Sequence record: PQ096440.1
Origin: Enterobacter phage EnA02
Length of the DNA stretch: 32,000 nucleotides
Strand: one strand, 5' to 3'
Position numbers and translations under genes: made by a program. Below the pieces are notes generated by a model. The model was not told where the DNA came from, did not search any database, and saw only the letters and a program-made list of their open reading frames with translations. Positions 14,941-23,411 of the stretch are shown here, in pieces; position 1 is the first letter of the stretch; each line of letters begins with the position of its first letter.

Positions 14941-15962
14941 ATTTTAGCATACCGAGTAAATCTCATCTTAGCCATTAAGCCTGATTCGATATTGTTGTTG
15001 ATGTAATCCATGATTTGTTCAGGCGTAGCGCCTTCTTTCATAATCATGTCGTTCACGTCTTTCGAGGACCAAGGCGACTTATCCCAAAAGACAACTCTTT
15101 CTCCAGCATCAATAAGCTTCTTCATACGCTTGACCGTATCTGGATGACGCGGTTCGTGGTCCATAATCCAAGCACGATTACCTTCATATGGAACCATACT
15201 CAGCTCAATAGAACCACCAGTAATTGCGATAGCATTGTTGATGAACAAACTATCTAATGGGCCTTCCATAACAAACACAAGCTTATTAGGGTCTACTGTA
15301 TCTTGACCATAAATTTTTGTAGCAAGCTCATGAGCTTTAATTGTCATGTATTTTTGGGGAGCGTCTTTTGAGAGGGCTCGCCCTTGGAAGGATTCAATTT
15401 TGCCTTTTTCATTAAAGATTGGAATAACCAAGCGCGGTTCATTTTTCTCATGCGAGTATGTACCTTCGTTTACTGAGTTAACGAGAGCCGGCCACTGATT
15501 AGTAAACCACAGTCGGTTCCATTTATCTTTAGGAATTTTACGTCCAGCGACGTATTTGCATATTGGATGAGCTGGTGAAAGTCTATCTAATCGCTCACAG
15601 TAATCAAGCTTTTGAATAAACTTCTTTTCAACCGGAGGAAGTTTAACTTCTTTCTTAGGAGCTGAACGAGCTTGACCTTGTTCTTTACGAACTTCAAGAA
15701 TGTATTCTCGATATAAGTCAGGTTCATTTTCTCGCAGATATTTAGCTAATCCTAAGTGTGCATCACAGTTATAACAATGAACTACAATTCCGCCAGTAGG
15801 TTGTTCATATGCCCATCCACGAGCTTTGAACTGGTCTTTTTGTGAGTCACCGCAAATCGGGCAACGAAAATTCAATTTAAAACGATGACCATTTGTTACT
15901 TGTTTAAATCTTGGAAGGTGTGAAAATGCGCGGTACGCAAACTCGTTATCAACCCAACTCAC
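14937..15962 (-). CDS. 61: DNA primase
   Basis: Zinc finger CPICGDS...CYNCDAHLG, VFVMEGPLDSLFI, VVFWDKSPWSSKDVNDMI; 341 aa; syntenic. Confidence 0.95.
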   Translation of the reverse strand: MSWVDNEFAYRAFSHLPRFKQVTNGHRFKLNFRCPICGDSQKDQFKARGWAYEQPTGGIVVHCYNCDAHLGLAKYLRENEPDLYREYILEVRKEQGQARSAPKKEVKLPPVEKKFIQKLDYCERLDRLSPAHPICKYVAGRKIPKDKWNRLWFTNQWPALVNSVNEGTYSHEKNEPRLVIPIFNEKGKIESFQGRALSKDAPQKYMTIKAHELATKIYGQDTVDPNKLVFVMEGPLDSLFINNAIAITGGSIELSMVPYEGNRAWIMDHEPRHPDTVKRMKKLIDAGERVVFWDKSPWSSKDVNDMIMKEGATPEQIMDYINNNIESGLMAKMRFTRYAKI

Positions 15963-16001
15963 TATATTCTCCTTAGTGGCCTTATTTCTAAGGCCATTAT
16001 A

Positions 16002-16466
16002 TCACAGTTTATTGAGATTTACTTTGATGCGCTTACGTTTCTTCGGTAGGGTCTCAGGACCTTTATTGGTGATTGCTCCGGTTGTGGTACCAGAGGCGAT
16101 ATTCTGGACACTTCCACCGGAATCTCCGGCTACAATGTCCTCGAACAATGGAAGAGCCTCAAATATCTCTTTTTGTTCGGATTCAGTGATATTGTAACGT
16201 GAAGCTACTGCTGACCATGCACTCATCATAGATGCTACTCCATTGAGTCCTGGAACAGTTGTTAACATTCTTTTGATTGAACGCACAGATGCGTGGAAAG
16301 CTGTATAAGATGCTTTCTCTTCTGGAGTAGTAGGTCGCTTCAGAACCGTACCCTTCTCATCAATTATCTTGGCTTCATATGCTTTCCATTCAGCAAATGG
16401 TTTTTGCATTAGCCGGATAAACTTATACGCATAGACGGCGTCAATACCGCTTTTAATAGTTGACAT
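16002..16466 (-). CDS. conserved-looking hypothetical protein, 154 aa
   Basis: MSTIKSGIDAVYAYKFIRLMQKPFAEWKAYE...PTTPEEKASYTAFHASVRSIKRMLTTVPG; ribosome site GAGGAG. Confidence 0.8.
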   Translation of the reverse strand: MSTIKSGIDAVYAYKFIRLMQKPFAEWKAYEAKIIDEKGTVLKRPTTPEEKASYTAFHASVRSIKRMLTTVPGLNGVASMMSAWSAVASRYNITESEQKEIFEALPLFEDIVAGDSGGSVQNIASGTTTGAITNKGPETLPKKRKRIKVNLNKL

Positions 16467-16481
16467 AGTCTCCTCTTCTAT

Positions 16482-16670
16482 TTATCGTTTAACACAAACG
16501 AATTTAGCAGAGGTTGAAAAATCACGAGCAGAAGTGCGCCATTCTTCACCAGCATGGTTGCACAGTTCTTCTGCGGTTGGACTGGTTTGTGTTGGCTTGA
16601 ATTCAATTTGATTCATAGCAACTCCGCCGTGTTCACTAATGAGAGTCATGATTAAAATGAATGTGTGCAT
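16482..16670 (-). CDS. small hypothetical protein with hydrophobic N-terminus, 62 aa
   Basis: MHTFILIMTLISEHGG...FVCVKR; AGGAAAG upstream of ATG 16670. Confidence 0.65.
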   Translation of the reverse strand: MHTFILIMTLISEHGGVAMNQIEFKPTQTSPTAEELCNHAGEEWRTSARDFSTSAKFVCVKR

Positions 16671-16849
16671 CGTCTTTCCTGCTCTGTTTTAATTGCGACC
16701 AATATTAGACCTTTACGATAAGATTCACGAGGGTCTGCCGGAAATCCCCAACGAGTAAGTCCAGTTTCAATTTCACGCTCAAAGCGTAAACGAAGCTGAG
16801 CTAATTCAGCATCATGATAGTCTACGAGGTCTCTGCCTTCAAAAATCAT
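16652..16849 (-). CDS. hypothetical protein, 65 aa
   Basis: ATG 16849 overlaps the stop of 16846..17127 (ATGA). Confidence 0.65.
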   Translation of the reverse strand: MIFEGRDLVDYHDAELAQLRLRFEREIETGLTRWGFPADPRESYRKGLILVAIKTEQERRCTHSF

Positions 16850-17127
16850 AAGCCAATCCACTCTAAGACTTCTGGGACAGAAGCATTTTCACAATACAGA
16901 TTTGTGCCAGCTACTACCAAGTCGCTTTCACCCAAATCTTCGATAAGCATCTTCTGATTCTTATCTGCACCAGCTTCAAGGTCATGAATCAGCTTAGGCT
17001 TAACTTTGTCCCAGTCGCCTTCAACGAACTTAATGCATGGAATTGAAGTATAATCGGCTTTAGCCATTGCAGGAACAGCAGAGCAAGATGATACGGCAAA
17101 GATTAGTGCAAGTACAAGTTTTTTCAT
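16846..17127 (-). CDS. sp: Spackle-like exported periplasmic protein
   Basis: MKKLVLALIFAVSSCSAVPAMA signal peptide (AMA cleavage), two cysteines in the mature part (IPC...LYC); same length class and layout as recalled T4 Sp, in the 41/61 neighbourhood. Confidence 0.6.
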   Translation of the reverse strand: MKKLVLALIFAVSSCSAVPAMAKADYTSIPCIKFVEGDWDKVKPKLIHDLEAGADKNQKMLIEDLGESDLVVAGTNLYCENASVPEVLEWIGL

Positions 17128-17153
17128 TATCCTATCCTCATGTTGATAGGGCT

Positions 17154-17182
17154 ACTATAACATAGCCCTACATGAATGTAAA
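17154..17182 (-). promoter_or_regulatory. candidate early promoter TTTACA-N17-TATAGT within a palindrome
   Basis: accgTTTACAttcatgtagggctatgtTATAGTagccc; arms TAGGGCTA/TAGCCCTA at 17147..17170. Confidence 0.65.
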
Positions 17183-17185
17183 CGG

Positions 17186-18628
17186 TTAGAACTTGAGGTC
17201 TTCAGCTAATGCATCGAGTTTAGCCCTTGCACTCGCATCCTGTTCAGCACGAGACATTCTATTACCTTCAGCTATTCGTTGTTGAGCACCAGAAGCTTCG
17301 TTTACTGTGTTTGGTTGTTCCATTCCGTCCTGAGCAATTTCAACCCAACGCTGATTTCCTTTGCTTACACCGATTAAGAACTTATTGTACTTATTCTTAT
17401 CACCGTAACGAGATTTAATTTGTTTAATGAGCTGTTGACCCTGTTGAGCAAGTTCTTCCGTTTCAATTACTGCCAGCATAAAGTCTGCTGTTGCCGGTAG
17501 ACCTGCGGATTCCGCAACATCACTCATAGAAACGTCAGAAGCATCCCATCCTGAACGAGTTGTCTGAGCTGCTGTCCAAAGAACAGTTTCAGTTTCAACT
17601 GCTAATGCACGAAGTTCTTCTGCAATAGCTTTAACTAATGTGTAACTGTTTTCGGTATAAACCTTGATACGACAGGAAGCACAGATACCTAGATAGTCAA
17701 TAATAATGACATCAGGAACAAAATTCTTCTTCAGTTTAAGCTCATTCAGTAATGCACGGAATGTATTTGCATGAGCTCCACCAGTTGGATATTGCTTGAT
17801 AATCAGACGACCCAGAGTATTCTTTGAGCGCCATTTTTCCATCTTGCCTTTGTATTCAGCATATGAAACGTGACCATCATCAATATCGTCCAGTGACACA
17901 TCAAGTAAGTTAGCATCAATACGTTTTGCACAAACTTCTTCTGCCATTTCCATGGAGATATACAAAACGTTCTTACCGGTCTGGAGATAGTCAGCCGCAA
18001 GAGAACAAAGACCTAATGACTTACCAACGTTTACGCCAGCAAGTAATACATTCAGAGTACCAGTTTCTGCACCACCCTTTGTAATTTTGTTCAGAATGTT
18101 GAGTTTAAATTCAACTTTACGAGCTTTATTCTGGTATGCTAACCAACGAGCTTCATGGTCTTCCATCCAATCATGACCAATATAACTATCAAATGAAATT
18201 GATAGAGCTGCTCGCATGATGTCTGGAATTGCACCTACATCTGGAAGTTTTTTGTTTCGTTTTTCCGGTGGAAGTTGAGCGTTAGTCTGAATTTCAATAA
18301 TCTTTGAAGTAGCATTGTACATCGCAGATTCTTGAACAAAACGTTCAGTTTCAGCTACGAGCCAGTTTAAATCTTCTGGAGTATCTTGAAGCTTATTAAT
18401 TAACTCACTTGCGCCCTGTACTTCAGTTTCAACTAATTGACTATTATCCAACGCAACCGCCAATGCAGTTTTACTTGGAACAGCTTGATATTTCAATACA
18501 TGCTGATGAATCAGTTTGAAAACATTTTTGGCTGGGCCATGTTCAAAATACTCATCTCCCATATAAGGCCAAACCTTCGCGAAGAAGGCCTGGTTATACA
18601 GCAAATGAGATAAGATTGTTTCTACCAC
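17186..18628 (-). CDS. 41: Replicative DNA helicase (DnaB-type)
   Basis: Walker A-like GVNVGKSLGLCSLA, VLYISMEMAEEVCAKR, DVIIIDYLGICAS, LWTAAQTTRSGWD; 480 aa. Confidence 0.95.
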   Translation of the reverse strand: MVETILSHLLYNQAFFAKVWPYMGDEYFEHGPAKNVFKLIHQHVLKYQAVPSKTALAVALDNSQLVETEVQGASELINKLQDTPEDLNWLVAETERFVQESAMYNATSKIIEIQTNAQLPPEKRNKKLPDVGAIPDIMRAALSISFDSYIGHDWMEDHEARWLAYQNKARKVEFKLNILNKITKGGAETGTLNVLLAGVNVGKSLGLCSLAADYLQTGKNVLYISMEMAEEVCAKRIDANLLDVSLDDIDDGHVSYAEYKGKMEKWRSKNTLGRLIIKQYPTGGAHANTFRALLNELKLKKNFVPDVIIIDYLGICASCRIKVYTENSYTLVKAIAEELRALAVETETVLWTAAQTTRSGWDASDVSMSDVAESAGLPATADFMLAVIETEELAQQGQQLIKQIKSRYGDKNKYNKFLIGVSKGNQRWVEIAQDGMEQPNTVNEASGAQQRIAEGNRMSRAEQDASARAKLDALAEDLKF

Positions 18629-18638
18629 GATAACCTCA

Positions 18639-19007
18639 TTAAAATAGTTTGAAACGTTTTTTCTTTCTCATAATTTCGGCGTGAGCCTGTTGAATTTGTA
18701 TTTTAATACATTTTTCAACATGTGGTGCAAGGTCGGCTTTTCGTGATTCGTCCAACGTAGAGAACTCTAGTGACACCTGGCCGCGCTCATTGAGGTCTAA
18801 TGAGGTAACATATACGATATGTTCCTCGCCATCCTCTAGGGTTATCAGGATTTCCTGAACGACATTCTCCATAGCCTTTTGGACTATTTCTAGACTCTTT
18901 TTAAACATCCGCTCGGTTCTTTCAAATTCCCCCTCCTGAGAGGGGGTTTCATCCTGAACTTCAACTTCAGTTAAATCGAGGTCTAAGTCCTCGAAATTAT
19001 TCTTCAT
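18639..19007 (-). CDS. 40: gp40-like protein (head vertex assembly chaperone position)
   Basis: Located between uvsX and 41 as in T4; acidic, 122 aa from ATG 19007; identification mainly syntenic. Confidence 0.6.
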   Translation of the reverse strand: MKNNFEDLDLDLTEVEVQDETPSQEGEFERTERMFKKSLEIVQKAMENVVQEILITLEDGEEHIVYVTSLDLNERGQVSLEFSTLDESRKADLAPHVEKCIKIQIQQAHAEIMRKKKRFKLF

Positions 19008-20163
19008 CTTCAAAATTTTCCAGTTCGTCTTCAATTGAAGCAGGAGTTGCTTTTACCTCGCCTTCCGGAGCATGGAATACTTCGATTTTTGAGTTAATCA
19101 GCGCATCTACTTCTTCATCTACGACTGCGTTAGTTTCAATTGCACCTAACTGATAACGATTCTTAATCGCATCACGGAATGGCTGATGTTTAAACAGAGG
19201 TCCCCAAAATGCAGTACTGGACGTATCTTTTGCACGCCATGATTTCTCTTCACGAACCATTTCACCGGTTTCAACGTCCAGATATTCACGAGCGTACCAA
19301 CCATTTTTAGGTTTAACTACGAAACCAAGTTCCAGAGCCATATCCAACAGACCGGAGTATGGGTCAATACCGCCATCGAATTTAACATCAATGAAGAACT
19401 TACTCTTCTCTTTAACAGTACGAGATTTCTCAGCATTCAGAACAAACTGATAACCTTGAAGATCTGTACCGTCTTTAATCTGACGCTTACCGATGATGAA
19501 CACAGTATCTGCTGAGTACATTGGACCTGTACCACCAGTCATCACAGTCTTACTGAACATCTCAATTGTTTCGATTGTGTGGTTAACCGCAACGCATGGA
19601 ATATTCTTAATAGAGAAGTAAGGTGTAACAATACGGAACAGAGACTTCAGTGATTTTGCACGAGTCATATCCGCAACTGATTTTTCGTTCAGAGCATCTT
19701 CTGTTTCTTTCTTAGAAGCCAGGTTACCAATGGAGTCGATGAATACGATAACTTTCTCACCGCGTTCAATTTCTTCCAGCTGGTTGACCATGTCAATCTT
19801 AAGCTGTTCAACAGATTGTACTGGAGTGTGTACTACACGGTCAGGGTCAACACCCATTGCACGAAGATATGCTGGAGTGATACCGAATTCTGAGTCGTAG
19901 AACAGACAGATAGCATCCGGATATTTTGTCATATAAGCGGAAACCATAGTCAGACTCATATTTGACTTGAAGTGCTTTGACGGACCAGCAAAGATTGTTA
20001 AACCTGATTGCATGCCACCATCTAATGCACCTGAAATCGCGATATTGAGCATCGGAATCTTAGTACGAACTACATCTTTTTCATTAAAGAATTTGGATTT
20101 ATCCAGAGATGCGGTCATTTTAGAAGTGGATGCTTTAATCAGACGAGATTTTAAATCAGACAT
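18997..20163 (-). CDS. uvsX: UvsX RecA-like recombinase
   Basis: FAGPSKHFKSNMSLTM, CLFYDSEFGITPAYLRAMGVD, VIVFIDSIGNLASKKE, AVNHTIETIEMFSKTVMTGGTGPMYSAD. Confidence 0.97.
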   Translation of the reverse strand: MSDLKSRLIKASTSKMTASLDKSKFFNEKDVVRTKIPMLNIAISGALDGGMQSGLTIFAGPSKHFKSNMSLTMVSAYMTKYPDAICLFYDSEFGITPAYLRAMGVDPDRVVHTPVQSVEQLKIDMVNQLEEIERGEKVIVFIDSIGNLASKKETEDALNEKSVADMTRAKSLKSLFRIVTPYFSIKNIPCVAVNHTIETIEMFSKTVMTGGTGPMYSADTVFIIGKRQIKDGTDLQGYQFVLNAEKSRTVKEKSKFFIDVKFDGGIDPYSGLLDMALELGFVVKPKNGWYAREYLDVETGEMVREEKSWRAKDTSSTAFWGPLFKHQPFRDAIKNRYQLGAIETNAVVDEEVDALINSKIEVFHAPEGEVKATPASIEDELENFEDEE

Positions 20164-20218
20164 TAATTATTTTCCATAAGTCTCCATAATATTTTTCTCA
20201 CAGGTTTAAGATAGAGTA

Positions 20219-20245
20219 ATTATATCAACTACGGTTTAAAGCGGA
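20219..20245 (-). promoter_or_regulatory. candidate MotA-dependent middle promoter for uvsX
   Basis: TCCGCTTTA (20237..20245), 12-nt spacer, TATAAT (20219..20224). Confidence 0.62.
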
Positions 20246-20298
20246 TTGCAATGAGGTGAATCATTTTGACAAGGTGTGTAACAACAAGCATTACAATG

Positions 20299-20319
20299 AC
20301 CACCGACTTTGTCGGTGGT
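20299..20319 (-). terminator. strong hairpin ACCACCGAC-AAA-GTCGGTGGT downstream of beta-gt; possible weak terminator
   Basis: Perfect 9-bp inverted repeat with 3-nt loop, just after the beta-gt stop; T-tract is poor (CATTGTAAT). Confidence 0.5.
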
Positions 20320-20326
20320 GTATTCT

Positions 20327-21403
20327 TTAGATTTCAATTGCTTTCTTGAATTCAGCTTGCCAAATCGGTTTTTCATCAAGATATTTTTGAAGAATTTTGT
20401 GCTGATATTCAAGAGTTTCAATTCTGAAGTCCTCATCGCTTTTGATTTTATTAATTTTATCAACAAGCTCTTGACGATTGCTCACATAGAAGAAATCATT
20501 GCCTTCCATGATATTCATGTCAGGGTCAAATGTGATATCGAAGAACGCCACCGCTGTAGATGCCAGAGCTTCCCATACGCGAGGAGTGATTTGGTTGTTA
20601 TCGTAAGTCTTATCACCGAGTACGATAGTAGCATACGCGGTTGAGTTACGTTGAACCATTTCACGAGAATCTACCTTCCCAGGAAATACCGGAGGAGTAG
20701 TCCAAGGGAATTCTGGGTTCTTGAATTGGTCTGCCTTTACTGAACCAAAGAATTCAACATCCAGCCCAGTGTCAAACAGATATTCAACCATCTTTTGTTC
20801 GCGATTACCGGAACGGAAAGTTCCACCATAAATCAGGTCGCGCATTTTGATACCATCAGCAGCAATCTTAAAGACGCTGTGATACATCTTATGGCGGTCC
20901 AAAGCGAAGTGAACAAATTCCATTCGGTCTTTAGAGACACCGACTAAACGGTCAGAGTGAATTCGTTTAGCTTGTTCCAGGTCGCGTCCTTGAGAAACTA
21001 CACGAATCGGAGAACGAACAATGAACTGCTCTTCAGTGTATTTGCTGGACCATTTTTTCTTGGACATTCGACGCCATGCTTGTTCCCATGGAAGACGAAT
21101 ATCAGTGAACAGATAATAAATCTTTGACTTATATTTGTTCAAGAACATATAAGCCGCTTTATTCATCTTATTCTCTTCACCACCGTAAAAGTTCAGAGAA
21201 GCATTGACTACTAAAACTCGGTCATACACATTCGGGTCTGGAACTTCATCAAATGAAATACCATATTGAGTGTTTTTCATTGAGATAAGGTCTACATCAA
21301 GACCCATATCTTTTAAACATTCAGACAGATAAATTGTCTCAGAAGCAGGGGTTGTTTTGAACCCCTGGATGTTGTTACCCAAATTTAAGATAGCAATTTT
21401 CAT
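20327..21403 (-). CDS. beta-gt: DNA beta-glucosyltransferase
   Basis: MKIAILNLGNN...SSETIYL-like ASETIYLSECLKDMGLDVDLISMKN...YKSKIYYLFTDIRLPWEQAW...DLIYGGTFRSGNREQKMVEYLFDTGLDVEFFG...FPWTTPPVFPGKV; close to recalled T4 BGT, 358 aa. Confidence 0.96.
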   Translation of the reverse strand: MKIAILNLGNNIQGFKTTPASETIYLSECLKDMGLDVDLISMKNTQYGISFDEVPDPNVYDRVLVVNASLNFYGGEENKMNKAAYMFLNKYKSKIYYLFTDIRLPWEQAWRRMSKKKWSSKYTEEQFIVRSPIRVVSQGRDLEQAKRIHSDRLVGVSKDRMEFVHFALDRHKMYHSVFKIAADGIKMRDLIYGGTFRSGNREQKMVEYLFDTGLDVEFFGSVKADQFKNPEFPWTTPPVFPGKVDSREMVQRNSTAYATIVLGDKTYDNNQITPRVWEALASTAVAFFDITFDPDMNIMEGNDFFYVSNRQELVDKINKIKSDEDFRIETLEYQHKILQKYLDEKPIWQAEFKKAIEI

Positions 21404-22236
21404 AAAGTAGGTTCAATCTCACTAAATTTATGGAAAGCGTCTGACTTTTGCTTTTTAGCTACGCACATACGAAGTACTTTCAGAGGTTCATCAGTACCAA
21501 ACATAGTTTTGGTTGGGTCACCTTCTGATTTCCAACGGGCTTGTGTTGGGAAGTCAGCATGAATTTTTTCTAATGCACGGTTTTGCTTAGCAGCATTACG
21601 CATAGATGATACGCCGCCCGGAGCTTGACCTTTACCAGATTTGACGAGATATTTGAAAATCGCCAGATGAGGATGACCCATATTAATGAGTTTAAGGAAT
21701 GCGTATGTATCTTCGGACAGGTCTACTATACCATATCCAATGTCATCGGCAGAAAGTTTGCTTAAATCGTAGAATGTGTTGGTAAATCCGTAAGAATTCT
21801 CACGGAAATGACCCCATTTAGAATCAATCTTGAAAATAGGCAAACGAGCATGGCCGTGATAAAATCCACAGTCCATAGCCGCTTCAACGTACTGTGTAAG
21901 TTTATTGAATTCGTCCCATGTCATTCCAACATCGTGGAGAACGCGGCGGTCGTCTTTAGCACGAATCTCAGTAGTATGAATAGTAGTGTCGTCATCCAGC
22001 ATCCATATTCGTTGGCCTTGATACATTTCAGTAATAAGACGACGAGTACCAGCAATACCATTGACATCATCTGGAATAGTTACGATTTTAGCCAACGCAC
22101 TGTAATGCATCTCATATTCTTCTTTCTGAGACTCACGAACTACTAAATGAGGTACATAACCAGTAGGGAACATATCAAGGGCAGTTACTGCCCCGACACG
22201 ATTATAACTCGGAATTACAAATTGAATCATTTCCAT
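21400..22236 (-). CDS. putative GT-A-fold glycosyltransferase, possible second DNA sugar transferase
   Basis: MIQFVIPSYNRVGAV N-terminus and IWMLDDDTTIH (DxD-type) motif; 4-nt overlap with beta-gt, 10-nt overlap with extended frame of gene 42. Confidence 0.6.
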   Translation of the reverse strand: MEMIQFVIPSYNRVGAVTALDMFPTGYVPHLVVRESQKEEYEMHYSALAKIVTIPDDVNGIAGTRRLITEMYQGQRIWMLDDDTTIHTTEIRAKDDRRVLHDVGMTWDEFNKLTQYVEAAMDCGFYHGHARLPIFKIDSKWGHFRENSYGFTNTFYDLSKLSADDIGYGIVDLSEDTYAFLKLINMGHPHLAIFKYLVKSGKGQAPGGVSSMRNAAKQNRALEKIHADFPTQARWKSEGDPTKTMFGTDEPLKVLRMCVAKKQKSDAFHKFSEIEPTL

Positions 22237-22964
22237 TTGCCTTTGTAGTCAGATTTCTTAACATCAATCCGGCCGGTTTGACGATAATGGTCAACCAGAT
22301 AGAAATGACGCTCATACACATGCAGAGACCCAGCGTTCCAAATAATGTCGCCTGGAACATACTTTTCACCAGAACCTGCATTAACTGTTTCTACTAATGA
22401 TTCTAACACATATTTCTGCCAAGCATAATCATTGCGAAAACCAAATACAACATCATTACTTCGCATATTAACAATAGCGTTTACACGACCATCACGAATA
22501 AGATATTGAACTGTGTTAGTGCACATGAAATCACTCATACCATCACGTTCAAAATCAACCTGCATGCTTGGACGAGTGTAAATCATAATTGCACGACGAG
22601 AATCTGGTTTTTCAATCAGCTCAGTTGCACAGAATGAGAATTGATTATAGTTTTCAGCAGACCAGATTGCCCAACCATAGTTTGAGTTAATTTCACCCTT
22701 TGAAGATGAAACTTGTTCCCAAATTGCTGGTGTGCCGCCAGGAATATCTTTTACAAACAGAGACTTGGATTTATACCACTCAAGTTCGCGTTCAACATAT
22801 TCTTGGTTAACTGTTCCGAAAATTGAATCTTCGGTTACTACAAAAGATGGACCAATTAACTCAATGGTCTTTGCGCCAGTTTTGTCAATTACAAACATCT
22901 CATTGAACAGAGCATGACACAGTTCATCACGAATATCTTCGTTAGTAAGTGGAGTTACAATCAT
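22227..22964 (-). CDS. 42: dCMP hydroxymethylase
   Basis: LEWYKSKSLFVKDIPGGTPAIWEQVSSSKGEINSNYGWAIWS, PDSRRAIMIYTRPSMQ, DFMCTNTVQYLIR, NMRSNDVVFGFRNDYAWQKYVLE; start trimmed to ATG 22964. Confidence 0.97.
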   Translation of the reverse strand: MIVTPLTNEDIRDELCHALFNEMFVIDKTGAKTIELIGPSFVVTEDSIFGTVNQEYVERELEWYKSKSLFVKDIPGGTPAIWEQVSSSKGEINSNYGWAIWSAENYNQFSFCATELIEKPDSRRAIMIYTRPSMQVDFERDGMSDFMCTNTVQYLIRDGRVNAIVNMRSNDVVFGFRNDYAWQKYVLESLVETVNAGSGEKYVPGDIIWNAGSLHVYERHFYLVDHYRQTGRIDVKKSDYKGKWK

Positions 22965-23401
22965 TTTGCCTCTTCGTAGTTTTTCTTCATACAACGGTTG
23001 AATGCTTCATATTGGCCAGAAGCCCTGAAGTTTTCAAATGCGTTGATATTTTTGCTGGTAGGATTATTATACATCGTTTGATACAAAGCAGCACCGTGTG
23101 CTTCAATGACAAACTGACACTTACGCGCGGCTACTTGCTTTTCGTAAGTTGCGTCAAGTTCTCGCTGCTTTTTCATGACGCGTGCTTGGTCACGAGCGAT
23201 AGGGTCATTCGCCTGCTGCTGAGCAAGATACTCTTCTCCTGCGCGAACAGAAGACTGATTGATTTGCGGAGTTGAACGAGCATACACCAGACCGGTGCCA
23301 CCTACATACTTAACTTGCCCTACAGTACTAGCATGAACGGTGTCTCCTTGATAAGCACAACCTGCCAGTAGCATAGCAGCGGCTACTGCTAAAAATTTCA
23401 T
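22961..23401 (-). CDS. predicted lipoprotein, 146 aa, in the imm position
   Basis: MKFLAVAAAMLLAGC lipobox; ATGA overlap with gene 42. Confidence 0.82.
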   Translation of the reverse strand: MKFLAVAAAMLLAGCAYQGDTVHASTVGQVKYVGGTGLVYARSTPQINQSSVRAGEEYLAQQQANDPIARDQARVMKKQRELDATYEKQVAARKCQFVIEAHGAALYQTMYNNPTSKNINAFENFRASGQYEAFNRCMKKNYEEAK

Positions 23402-23411
23402 TTTAATATCC

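Noticed and set aside
17803-18000. Minus-strand ORF 17803..18000, 65 aa
   Set aside because: Nested out of frame within gene 41.
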